From the IMG/VR virus record IMGVR_UViG_3300021364_000009, positions 1 through 64,000 of that record: 64,000 nucleotides of DNA. One strand, 5' to 3'. The translations under genes and the position numbers were made by a program. The first letter of the stretch is position 1. Each line of letters starts with the position of its first letter. Under the pieces are notes generated by a model. It saw only the letters and a program-made list of their open reading frames with translations, made no database searches and was not told the DNA's origin. Shown here in pieces: positions 37,017 to 46,190 of this stretch. This stretch comes from a virus.

Positions 37017-37429
37017 ATCACTCTCACAATGTGGTAATTGTCTCTCCAAGCAGAGATCAGTATATGGTTTAAATTAGATTCTTCCATAGAAAAACAATCA
37101 GGCATTTTCTTATGTTCGATCTGGCAGTATTTCTTGTGATAGGAGGCACAGCTTTTATAGCTAGAGCAAGTTTTATTTACAGGTGCTTTTTTTAAACATC
37201 CTTGCGGTTCTCTGACTTCTCGCATTAGAGGTGTCGCATCTCCATGTAAAGCACGATCCAATATATCTTCAGAAATACTTGGTATGAGGCTTTCCCACTC
37301 AGTCCCCTTGAGTTCAGCGTATTCGCCCCAAGAGTCTCCATCTACAGGCATTATTCTGGCTATTTTAGGGTTCTGCCAGATTTTGCTTTGGATAGACATA
37401 AAGACTATCCCGTTTCTTTTATAGATCAA
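37013..37429 (-). CDS. Hypothetical Cys-rich protein
   Basis: ORF in - operon, several Cys. Confidence 0.55.
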   Translation of the reverse strand: MIYKRNGIVFMSIQSKIWQNPKIARIMPVDGDSWGEYAELKGTEWESLIPSISEDILDRALHGDATPLMREVREPQGCLKKAPVNKTCSSYKSCASYHKKYCQIEHKKMPDCFSMEESNLNHILISAWRDNYHIVRVI

Positions 37430-37743
37430 TGGTACACCCCTCTAGTGTTCTTTATTTCTTTGAGCACAATGTCTATTATCTCATCTGTCATAACTTCTTC
37501 TGAGCTGAAGAATTCTACTATTTCTTCAGAAGGAGAGCCGACTAAAGCTACCATTTCTTTAGTACCATCTTCGTCAGAGTGTACGACCACTTTTAAGTGT
37601 GGAAAGTAAAAATTCACACCCAACTTTGTCCCTATATTAATCCAAATGCTTATAAGCTCTTCTGGACTTTTAGCTTCCTCCATTAGAGTCTGCATAGTGC
37701 TATCGAATATGGCTTTTAGCTCTTCCTTAGAAAACAATGACAT
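37426..37743 (-). CDS. Hypothetical acidic protein
   Basis: AAGGAG RBS, 105 aa. Confidence 0.6.
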   Translation of the reverse strand: MSLFSKEELKAIFDSTMQTLMEEAKSPEELISIWINIGTKLGVNFYFPHLKVVVHSDEDGTKEMVALVGSPSEEIVEFFSSEEVMTDEIIDIVLKEIKNTRGVYH

Positions 37744-37753
37744 TGGTATCTCC

Positions 37754-38266
37754 TTATGTGAGTTTGCTATATAACTTCTGCCATTGTTCCAAAGATTGAA
37801 GTTCTAGTGAACTTATGAAGTCATATGCTTCCCACATTCTTATTGCTTGAGATAACTCTATTTCTCTATTGTCGGTTTTGTTTTTCAACAGCGTATATAC
37901 TCGCTTGGAGAGCACTTCTATTTCGGAAGGGTTTGTGTTTTTTTCAGAGTACACGTCCTTCTTTTTTTTGAAGACCCACTCACTAAGTCCGTATTTCTTC
38001 TCCAAAACGGAGCAAGAGTCATTGAAAGAGAGTCCTTCTTTTTCCACTACGGTAGAAATAGCATCTCTGCTTTTTCCACATGCAAAGCAAAACCAACTAT
38101 TCGTTTGAGGATAGACTCTAGCTGAGGGTGCATTATCTGAACCGTCACCATGCAAGTCACATCGGAATTGTTGTTCTCCACCGTCTACATGGACATCGTA
38201 GCCGTACTCTTGTAGTACGGCTTCTATGTTTATTTGCTCTTTGATTCTTAAAGCACGTTTGTTCAA
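37754..38266 (-). CDS. Stand-alone CHC2 zinc-finger (DnaG primase zinc-binding domain) protein
   Basis: FRCDLHGDGSDNAPS..WFCFACGKSRDAI; no TOPRIM domain in 170 aa. Confidence 0.85.
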   Translation of the reverse strand: MNKRALRIKEQINIEAVLQEYGYDVHVDGGEQQFRCDLHGDGSDNAPSARVYPQTNSWFCFACGKSRDAISTVVEKEGLSFNDSCSVLEKKYGLSEWVFKKKKDVYSEKNTNPSEIEVLSKRVYTLLKNKTDNREIELSQAIRMWEAYDFISSLELQSLEQWQKLYSKLT

Positions 38267-38325
38267 CTTGTACCTCCTTTATATCTTCTTTATATGTTTT
38301 GATTATTAAAGTTAAAGGAGAAGCT

Positions 38326-38880
38326 ATGAGAAAGAAAATTGCGAACGATCTGCTTAAGCCCTTAGAGACATATGGCAAGTATGAAGGTGTTTTAGAGTAT
38401 GACACATACACTCTTGGCGATGACTTGGGTGTCACCTTCTATGGTAATGGAGAACAGATCGGATATATTCGAGGACAGAAGCTTGACTATAAGAACTTCC
38501 AATCTTTGCAGAAAGTTAGAGATTGTTATCCCGATGTTGTGAACTTAGCAGAGATGGGTGGTAGTGATGTGTGTGACAGGAAAAAAGGAGTCTCCTGTCT
38601 TTTACCTAGAGTTTTCATGATTACAGACTCAGATTTAGATACGAACGACAATCAAGGAACCTCGCTAAGAGGCACAGGCATTGGTCGGATGATGTATGAA
38701 GCTATCTTCACAGAGTTTTATGAAGACCAAAAAAATAAGGATTTCATAGCTGTACCTATGAAATGTATTTTTGGTCGAAGCAGTACTTCTTCAGATGCTC
38801 AGAGAGTGTGGAACTCTCTTGCTAGGACATTAGAGTCTTCTAATGATCTTGTTCTTGTAGACAGACCTTTGATCTTTTAG
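38326..38880 (+). CDS. GNAT-like acetyltransferase (paralog of 33401)
   Basis: LRGTGIGRMMY; TSSDAQRVWNSLAR; AAGGAG RBS before ATG 38326. Confidence 0.7.
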   Translation: MRKKIANDLLKPLETYGKYEGVLEYDTYTLGDDLGVTFYGNGEQIGYIRGQKLDYKNFQSLQKVRDCYPDVVNLAEMGGSDVCDRKKGVSCLLPRVFMITDSDLDTNDNQGTSLRGTGIGRMMYEAIFTEFYEDQKNKDFIAVPMKCIFGRSSTSSDAQRVWNSLARTLESSNDLVLVDRPLIF

Positions 38881-39221
38881 TTTTTTTCCCACCAATCGTC
38901 AAAACCCCCAAATGGGATGAGGTCATATATTTCTACAGGAATACTACCCACACAGTCATAACTGAACCATTCTCCTGAACCTCTCCACTCTTTGAGTTCT
39001 TCGTGGAGTTCTTTCTCTCTCCACCCCAAACCCTCTAAAGATGCAACTATTCTCAGAGTATTGGGGTTTCCTGTCTGTAAGTTTTTGAGTCTTCTTTCAG
39101 GATGTTTAGACCTCCCTATCTTTATTTCTCCCGTGTTAGAAGATTGGATGAAATAAAGATAGTCGCCTTTCCTTTCGAGCTTCCTTGCTCTGTAGTTTTT
39201 CACTAGCTCTTCATATTTCAT
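38877..39221 (-). CDS. T5orf172/MUG113-like GIY-YIG protein
   Basis: YLYFIQ..IKIGRS..PERRLKNLQTGNP..EKELH..GEWF. Confidence 0.85.
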   Translation of the reverse strand: MKYEELVKNYRARKLERKGDYLYFIQSSNTGEIKIGRSKHPERRLKNLQTGNPNTLRIVASLEGLGWREKELHEELKEWRGSGEWFSYDCVGSIPVEIYDLIPFGGFDDWWEKN

Positions 39222-39223
39222 TC

Positions 39224-40453
39224 TTAGACTCCAAAGAAATTCTCTTTAGCCCATTTAGGTTCAGGAGCTTCTCCTTTGCTCCAAACCCAAATAGGCTCAC
39301 CATAAACAGAACCACCTACTTCTCCCATCCTATCGCCAGGTCTTTTGTTCATCCTATACCCGATAACACCTTCATACGTTGCTCCTATTGACTCCATATA
39401 ACTCAACATAGGTTCACAGATAGAAGCATTTACATCGGTTCTTGAGTGTCCCTTATCTGCGATGTTGATTGCAATTCTCCCCCCTTGGACTAAGCTCTCC
39501 CAAGCTAGTTTTAAACTAGGTAGAAAAAACAGATCGAGCCATTCTTGGTTGGTTTTATATCGTTTCCAACTTTGTGTCTCTTCTTCAGAGTATTTCTCAA
39601 TGTTGAAATAAGGGGGAGAGGTAAATACAAAGTCGAACTTACGATCTCCAAGATCAGCATCTTCAGCGGGAGAGCAAATAAACTCTGTTTTCTTTCCTGT
39701 GTTGCAGAATTCAGAAATAGAGTTGTAGTGTGGGTGGAGCTTTGAGTTAGGGTCAATACCTACATAGCTCTCTGCGTTGGAAGCGTGGAACCCAACGAGT
39801 CTGTCACCCCAACCTGCGGAGAAGTCGATCACATTTTTAGCGTCAAAGAAATCGTAAAGTGTTTTTGCACATGAAGGTTTGAACTGAGACGCCATGTAGT
39901 TTCCTAATCTCAGACAATCTCTAAGTTGCTTATTTCCGACACCATTTTTCAAAGCGTCTTTCTCGGAAAGCGTCCAAAGAACTCTTAATACATATCGAGT
40001 CTTTGATTTGCATCCGTCTCTAGTCCATTCTCTCATCGGGCTTTTGTGCTCAAAATGAGCACACTTCATTCTTTCAATGTGTGTGTGCTGATCTGACACT
40101 TTTAAACCATGAGATGAAGATTGGAAGTAACACGGCTTATCTAAATATGTAGTGGGCACATCAGGGATGGTTCTTAGACAAACCCAATCTCCAATCTCTA
40201 TTTCTTTGCTCTCTTGTTTCAGACTATTAAAGTCTTTGTTTAGCTTATTGTGTGTGTATTTTCTTTCGGGGAAAGGTAGGTTATTTTCTTCTATCAGACT
40301 AGAAAGATGTTCGATTATTTCCTTCTTCTCGAAGTTATGTTTTATTTCACTCCAAATATGAGGGGGGATTGAAATCTCGTCTTTTTCTATAAGACTGTAG
40401 TCTGAGAGCTTTTTTGTTGTTTCTTTTTCTGCACTTAAATCAAATAATTCCAT
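39224..40453 (-). CDS. DNA amino-methyltransferase (N4-C/N6-A), array copy 4
   Basis: DFSAGWGDRL (motif I), FTSPPYF (motif IV). Confidence 0.88.
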   Translation of the reverse strand: MELFDLSAEKETTKKLSDYSLIEKDEISIPPHIWSEIKHNFEKKEIIEHLSSLIEENNLPFPERKYTHNKLNKDFNSLKQESKEIEIGDWVCLRTIPDVPTTYLDKPCYFQSSSHGLKVSDQHTHIERMKCAHFEHKSPMREWTRDGCKSKTRYVLRVLWTLSEKDALKNGVGNKQLRDCLRLGNYMASQFKPSCAKTLYDFFDAKNVIDFSAGWGDRLVGFHASNAESYVGIDPNSKLHPHYNSISEFCNTGKKTEFICSPAEDADLGDRKFDFVFTSPPYFNIEKYSEEETQSWKRYKTNQEWLDLFFLPSLKLAWESLVQGGRIAINIADKGHSRTDVNASICEPMLSYMESIGATYEGVIGYRMNKRPGDRMGEVGGSVYGEPIWVWSKGEAPEPKWAKENFFGV

Positions 40454-40455
40454 TT

Positions 40456-41634
40456 TTAAACTCCGAAGAAATTATCTTGTGACCATTTAGGTTCGGGGGC
40501 TTCTCCCTTACTCCATATCCAAATAGGTTCAGCAAAAGGCTTTTCTGTTTTCTGGCCGCCTCGTTGATAAAGTTCATATCCAATCGCACCTTCGTAGTGG
40601 GCGTTCAGTTTTTCCATGTGTTTGAGCATAGGCTCACATAAGTTTATGTTCTTTTTGTCATTGATATTAACACATACTCTCCCACCCTCAGATAAATGAT
40701 TCCAACATTTCGTTAGAGTTGGAAGCAAGAACCCCTCTAACCATTTTTCAGGTGTTGCGTATCGCTTCCAACTCTGTGTTTCTTCTTCAGAGTATTTCTC
40801 AATGTTGAAATAAGGTGGAGAGGTGAACACAAAGTCGAATACTCTATCTTCAAGATCAGCATCTTCAGCAGGAGAGCAGATAAACTCTGTTTTCTTTCCT
40901 GTGTTGCAGAATTCAGAAATAGCGTTGTAGTGTGGGTGGAGTTTAGTGTTTGGGTCTACTCCCACATAAGAAATAGCATTTGAGGCGTGGAAGCCAACGA
41001 GTCGATCTCCCCAACCTGCTGAGAAATCGAGTACATTTTTAGCGTCAAAGAAATCGTATAGCCATTTTGCAACCACAGGTCTAAACTGTTGAGCCATATA
41101 AGAGTGGCTCATGATTGCTCTCCTTAAAGTTTGACTATTGATGCCACCTCTAGTGTAAGGTTCATCGCTCCTAAAACCAAAGAAGCCTCTGAGGAAGTTA
41201 TTCTTTTTATCTGGATTTTGCCATTCATAGATAGGGGACTTACTCGAATGATACCCACAGTTCATTCTTACTATTTGAGTGTATTGGTCTGAGATAGTTT
41301 TTCCCCTATTATTTCCTGAAAATAATAGGTGTTGGTCTAAGTATTTATTCTCTAAGCCTCTTACTTGTCTTGGATTTTCCCACTCTATTTCTTTCAGCTC
41401 TATTTCTGACTGTTTTAGTTTCAACCAGTCTTTTTTAACTTCGCTTAGTTCATACTCTCGTAGAGGAAAAGGTAGCTTCTTTATTTCTTCTGATAGGTGT
41501 GCTTTTATTTCTTCTTCAGAGAAATAATGGAGCAAGTTATCCCATTCTTTTGTAGAGATATAAAGACGGTTCTCTATTACGGTAGAGTACTCTTCTATCG
41601 GTTTTTTGGGTTCTCGTTCTAAATCAAACAGCAT
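40456..41634 (-). CDS. DNA amino-methyltransferase, array copy 3
   Basis: DFSAGWGDRL, FTSPPYF. Confidence 0.88.
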   Translation of the reverse strand: MLFDLEREPKKPIEEYSTVIENRLYISTKEWDNLLHYFSEEEIKAHLSEEIKKLPFPLREYELSEVKKDWLKLKQSEIELKEIEWENPRQVRGLENKYLDQHLLFSGNNRGKTISDQYTQIVRMNCGYHSSKSPIYEWQNPDKKNNFLRGFFGFRSDEPYTRGGINSQTLRRAIMSHSYMAQQFRPVVAKWLYDFFDAKNVLDFSAGWGDRLVGFHASNAISYVGVDPNTKLHPHYNAISEFCNTGKKTEFICSPAEDADLEDRVFDFVFTSPPYFNIEKYSEEETQSWKRYATPEKWLEGFLLPTLTKCWNHLSEGGRVCVNINDKKNINLCEPMLKHMEKLNAHYEGAIGYELYQRGGQKTEKPFAEPIWIWSKGEAPEPKWSQDNFFGV

Positions 41635-42807
41635 TTAGACTCCAAAAAAGTTTTCTAATTTAAACTTAGGTTCGGGGGCTTCACCTTTACTCCATATCCA
41701 AATAGGTTCACAGAAAGTTCCGATTAAACCAATACCATTCCTCTTGTTGAGCTTGTAGCCAACTACACCCTCATAAGTAGCTCCCAACGACTCCATATGT
41801 TTCAACATAGGAGTACATATATCTTCACCTTTTTTATCTGCTATATTGATCGCTATTCGACCCCCTTCAACGAGACAACCCCAAGACTTACTAAGCATGG
41901 GAAATAGAAAGCCCTCTAACCATTTATCTGTAGTAGGATAACGCTTCCAACTCTGAGTGTCTTCTTCACTATATCTCTCTATGTCAAAGTAAGGTGGGGA
42001 AGTGAATACAAAGTCCACTTCAACCCCTGTAAGATCAGCATCTTCAGCGGGAGAGCAGATAAACTTAGTCTCTTTACCTGTATTACAGAAATTGCTGATC
42101 TCTTCGTAGGGTTGGTGTAGCTCAGAGTTAGGGTCTATCCCTATGTAGCTGATCGCATTAGAAGCGTGGAAGCCTACAAGTCGATCTCCCCAACCTGCTG
42201 AAGTATCTAACACTCTTTTCGCACCAAAGAAATCGTAGATAGTCTTAGCACATGAGGGCTTGAACTGACTCGCCATGTAGGTGTGCATTTTTAATGCTCG
42301 ATAAAGAGTGCTTTGGTCTATGCCTTTAGAGGCTAACTCGCTCTTGAGTATGCCGAACAAACACCTTAGAAATGAATTTTTTTTGTCGCAGTTCTCCCAT
42401 TCAAATACAGGAGCTTTCCCTGAGTGGTAGCCACATTTCATACGCATAATCTGAGAGTGTTGGTTAGACACTTTCAGACCATAATTACCACAGGTGAACA
42501 CTACAGGCTCACCTCTATAGAGTAAGGGTGTTTCTTTACTTTGTCGGGGGGCTAACCATGACTCTTTTGCGTAGCTTATTTCTTCTGCCTTTAGTTTTGC
42601 CCAGTCAGACTTAACCTCTTGTTCTGTGTATTCTCTAACAGGGAAAGGCAAGCCTTTGATTGCTTCGGCTAGTTGAGGCTTTATTTCTTGTTTCGAGTAA
42701 TGGTCTAGCATAGCCAACCATTGGCTAGGGGGGATTACTAGCTTGTCTCCTATTATTTTTATGTACTCTTGGAGAGGTTTCTTTTCAGTGGTGTAATCAA
42801 ATAACAT
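41635..42807 (-). CDS. DNA amino-methyltransferase, array copy 2
   Basis: DTSAGWGDRL, FTSPPYF. Confidence 0.88.
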   Translation of the reverse strand: MLFDYTTEKKPLQEYIKIIGDKLVIPPSQWLAMLDHYSKQEIKPQLAEAIKGLPFPVREYTEQEVKSDWAKLKAEEISYAKESWLAPRQSKETPLLYRGEPVVFTCGNYGLKVSNQHSQIMRMKCGYHSGKAPVFEWENCDKKNSFLRCLFGILKSELASKGIDQSTLYRALKMHTYMASQFKPSCAKTIYDFFGAKRVLDTSAGWGDRLVGFHASNAISYIGIDPNSELHQPYEEISNFCNTGKETKFICSPAEDADLTGVEVDFVFTSPPYFDIERYSEEDTQSWKRYPTTDKWLEGFLFPMLSKSWGCLVEGGRIAINIADKKGEDICTPMLKHMESLGATYEGVVGYKLNKRNGIGLIGTFCEPIWIWSKGEAPEPKFKLENFFGV

Positions 42808-42810
42808 CTC

Positions 42811-44007
42811 TTAAACTCCAAAAAAGTTTTCTAATTTAAACTTAGGTTCGGGGGCTTCACCTTTACTCCATATCCAAATAGGCTCACAAAACATAAGACT
42901 TGTGTCTCCCATGTTTTTTCCTGGTCTCGCACCCATCTCATATCCGATAACACCTTCATATGTAGCCCCTAGTGTTTCCATGTGTTTTAACATAGGCTCA
43001 CATATTTCTTCTCTCTGACCCTGTGTATATGCGTCTGCAATGTTGACACAAATACGCCCACCTTCAGATAAATGATTCCAACATTTCGTTAGAGTTGGAA
43101 ATAAGAAACCCTCTAACCATTTTTCCATTTTGGGGTATCGCTTCCAACTTTGTGTCTCTTCTTTAGAATATCTCTCCAAAGTGAAATAAGGTGGAGAGGT
43201 AAATACAAAGTCGAATACTCTATCTTCTAAATCAACGTCTTCTGCGGGAGAACAGATAAACTCTGTTTTCTTTCCTGTGTCACAGAATTCAGAAATAGCT
43301 TCATATTTTGGATGGAGTTTTGAGTTAGGATCAACACCCACATAGCTCTCTGCATTTGAGGCGTGGAAACCAACAAGGCGATCACCCCAACCTGCTGAGA
43401 AATCGAGCACATTTTTAGCGTCAAAGAAATCGTAGATTACTTTTGCAGACTGAGGTTTGAACTGAGAAGCGATGTAGCTTCTCATAGCTAAAGCACTCTT
43501 CAATGCTTTTGGTGTGACATCCTTATTGAACATCACAGGATTAAGTAAGAATTTGAGGAAAGACTTCTTTTCACTTGTCCATGCAGACCACGGTGAGCGA
43601 AACCTCTCATGCCCTACTTCCATTCTCTCTTCTTGTGTGAAAAAATCAGAAACAGAAGCCCCTATTCTCAGAGCTTGTGGCACATATAAAGATAGCTCTT
43701 TATACTGAGTAGGTATTTCTTCAGAGATACGCTTGCACGACCAACTTCCTTCTTGGACAGAGGCGTCTTTGCTTTGAAGTAAACTAAACTCGTTTCTTAT
43801 TTCTTCAAGGTTATATTCTCGGTATGGGAATTTGATTTTCCCTTCATCAATTAAAACGATCATTCTTTTCATTATTTCTTCGTTGCTGTACGAAGAAATA
43901 ATGTTTTGCCACAGACCTCTAGGTATGAATATTTTTTGGTCTATGCCAAATATTTCATTTTCATCTAAGAGGTTTGGTTTTTTTATTTCTAAGTCTTCAA
44001 ATAGCAT
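42811..44007 (-). CDS. DNA amino-methyltransferase, array copy 1
   Basis: DFSAGWGDRL, FTSPPYF; starts right after the helicase stop. Confidence 0.88.
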   Translation of the reverse strand: MLFEDLEIKKPNLLDENEIFGIDQKIFIPRGLWQNIISSYSNEEIMKRMIVLIDEGKIKFPYREYNLEEIRNEFSLLQSKDASVQEGSWSCKRISEEIPTQYKELSLYVPQALRIGASVSDFFTQEERMEVGHERFRSPWSAWTSEKKSFLKFLLNPVMFNKDVTPKALKSALAMRSYIASQFKPQSAKVIYDFFDAKNVLDFSAGWGDRLVGFHASNAESYVGVDPNSKLHPKYEAISEFCDTGKKTEFICSPAEDVDLEDRVFDFVFTSPPYFTLERYSKEETQSWKRYPKMEKWLEGFLFPTLTKCWNHLSEGGRICVNIADAYTQGQREEICEPMLKHMETLGATYEGVIGYEMGARPGKNMGDTSLMFCEPIWIWSKGEAPEPKFKLENFFGV

Positions 44008-45522
44008 TTATCCGTCCAAAACATCAGCTAATGGGTCTTTTTTCTGCTCTCCCTTTTTCCCTTGATATGTGGGGATAGAGTGCATGGGGATATTGAGGAT
44101 TCTACCAGAAGGCCAAGCAGGTTTAGCTTCAAAAGGCTCAAACCCTCCACCCTGTCTGACTTTCAGACATTGATATTTGATCGCTCCTTTTTCTCTCATG
44201 TCATCTCCGTACCAACAGGAAATAACAACGTCAGAAGAACGCTCTGCTTCGTTAGCATAAGAGAGGTGTGTAAGATTGTAAGAGCCTCCATTTTTCTCAG
44301 CGGCTCTAAATCCTTCACGGGAAATCTGAAATAAACAGAGAAGAGGGATGCCTTCACCTCTGTTAAAGGAGAGAGCTAGTTTCTTTAAGTCTCGTATGAC
44401 CTCATTTAGTCTCTCTGTAGTACTAGCCACCCATCTTCTTGATGAAACTAAGAGAGCGTGATCTACAACCAAGACTTTTGCAGGTCTTCTTTGATGTAAC
44501 ACTTCAGCCTTAGTCTTAATATCTTCGACTGTAATGTCCATCGCATCGGGGTCTGCTATTTCAAATTGAATAGACCCATACTCTCCACTCTCTACACCTT
44601 CTCTTAAGTCCTTAACGACATCCTTCAGCAAGTCGATTTCGTCTTCTGTGAGTGTGCCATTCTTAATAGAGTCAGGGTCAATCCCCACGTCAGGTGTTTG
44701 TTGTTTTTGGATACCTAACGCTATTCTCTTATCTCTAAACTTCTTGTGCATAGAGTGGAAAGCATAAATAGTCTCTCTGCACTGCTCATAGTGCATTTCT
44801 AGCTGAAAATAAATGCTGTTTAGACCTTGATAGACAGCTTGGTTGTATATCCAATTCATCGTAGTCTTGGATTTCATGTGTGCGGTAAACCCTGCCACCA
44901 TATAAAGCTCTTTTTTACGGAACCCTCCGATAGCATCGTCTATGCACTTCAGACCTGTCTTAGGGAGTACGCCAACATCTGTATCTACAGTTTTCTGATA
45001 ATGCTCCCAAAAAGCGTCTTCGTCGTTGAGTACATCCCCACCTAACTTCGCCCCAAAGGTTGGGGTGAGTAGATCAGAAAGCTCTTTAGAGAGGAACTTT
45101 GTAGCATCTCTGACTCCTTTCAGAGTAAAAGTGTTCCGCCCTTCTTTTATTTCTAGTCCTTGTCTTGCAATCGTTTTAGCAGAAGATATTGCCTCTGCTA
45201 ATGCCATGTGTCGTGCGTCCTCTACACTCTTTTCAATCTCAAGAATAAAGTCGCCACGATATATGACAGGAGTGCTAGAAATCTGTCGGATGCGATCTGC
45301 TTCATCAAAGTCATTGTTAGAGTCAAAATATTGTATGACAACATCTTGCTCAGGCAGATGTCCGTGAGTAGACGCAAAAGTCTTAATAAAGTCATAGATT
45401 TTTACGTCAGTGGGTTGGTCGAATTGAAAAATACTCTCTCGAAGAGAAATATAATTCTGAAACATCAAGTCGTCTTTGTCGCCAACTCTAGTGTCGGGGA
45501 GTATTGCTCTTAATATCTTCAT
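44008..45522 (-). CDS. DnaB-like replicative helicase
   Basis: KTGLKCIDDAIGGF, variant Walker A AGFTAHMKS, FQLEM, LVVDH, QISRE, EAERSSD, LKVR. Confidence 0.85.
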   Translation of the reverse strand: MKILRAILPDTRVGDKDDLMFQNYISLRESIFQFDQPTDVKIYDFIKTFASTHGHLPEQDVVIQYFDSNNDFDEADRIRQISSTPVIYRGDFILEIEKSVEDARHMALAEAISSAKTIARQGLEIKEGRNTFTLKGVRDATKFLSKELSDLLTPTFGAKLGGDVLNDEDAFWEHYQKTVDTDVGVLPKTGLKCIDDAIGGFRKKELYMVAGFTAHMKSKTTMNWIYNQAVYQGLNSIYFQLEMHYEQCRETIYAFHSMHKKFRDKRIALGIQKQQTPDVGIDPDSIKNGTLTEDEIDLLKDVVKDLREGVESGEYGSIQFEIADPDAMDITVEDIKTKAEVLHQRRPAKVLVVDHALLVSSRRWVASTTERLNEVIRDLKKLALSFNRGEGIPLLCLFQISREGFRAAEKNGGSYNLTHLSYANEAERSSDVVISCWYGDDMREKGAIKYQCLKVRQGGGFEPFEAKPAWPSGRILNIPMHSIPTYQGKKGEQKKDPLADVLDG

Positions 45523-46190
45523 AGCTTCATACTCCTACGTTTTGGTTGTGTGCTAGTTTCAGTCTTTCTTCCCATGAGATTTATTCTTTCCCAACCTTCA
45601 ATAGACTCGTCTACTGCTCTCGACCAAGAAATATGTCCTTCTTGTAAAGGGCGGTTTGGCTCTTCTACAATCCATGTAGGTTTAGAGAGATGCTCTCTAA
45701 GTTCTATTGTCTCTACGAGTACTTCAGGCATGGCACTATTTCTTGCCATTTTGACTCCAAGTCTCACGATTAAGAGTGAGGGAGACTCTGCTAAGTCTTC
45801 AAGAGATTGGACACGAATGTTTCTTTGGAAATCGGGGTCTATTATTTCTGACTGAGCTAGTTGAAGATTACTGAGCCAAGCACTCATGAGCGTTGCATCT
45901 GAAACTACTTTAACAAACTCTTCGGGCTTTTTTCGGTGTGCAAGAGCACTCCTCAGATTGAGCATCAATGAGCTTTTGTCACCAACAATGACAACATTGT
46001 CCTCCATCTTTCCTTTTAAAGAAGATGCTTTTGTTAGCCTAGTATCCGTTAAGCCTTTCCAAGCTCTCTCCGCTTGGATATTTAAGGCTTTTTTTACAGC
46101 ACAACTACAGGGTATTGCGTATGGCATACCCATGTAGCCATCGTCTTTTTGGAGATACCCTGCACCTCCACATTTTTTACACATAGACAT
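45519..46190 (-). CDS. Helicase-loader-like (DnaC/DnaI-type) protein, degenerate ATPase
   Basis: N-terminal CKKCGG..PCSC Zn site; LLIVRLG and IELREHLSKPTWI resemble loader ATPase segments; adjacent to helicase. Confidence 0.55.
   Translation of the reverse strand: MSMCKKCGGAGYLQKDDGYMGMPYAIPCSCAVKKALNIQAERAWKGLTDTRLTKASSLKGKMEDNVVIVGDKSSLMLNLRSALAHRKKPEEFVKVVSDATLMSAWLSNLQLAQSEIIDPDFQRNIRVQSLEDLAESPSLLIVRLGVKMARNSAMPEVLVETIELREHLSKPTWIVEEPNRPLQEGHISWSRAVDESIEGWERINLMGRKTETSTQPKRRSMKL

Noticed and set aside
38877-39221. Cognate restriction endonuclease for the methyltransferase array
   Set aside because: 114-aa T5orf172-type protein, a common phage accessory with no evident specificity domain; cannot be fully excluded
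39224-44007. Assembly artefact or shufflon/DGR
   Set aside because: Copies are clearly divergent and co-oriented; no invertase, inverted crossover sites or reverse transcriptase in the window
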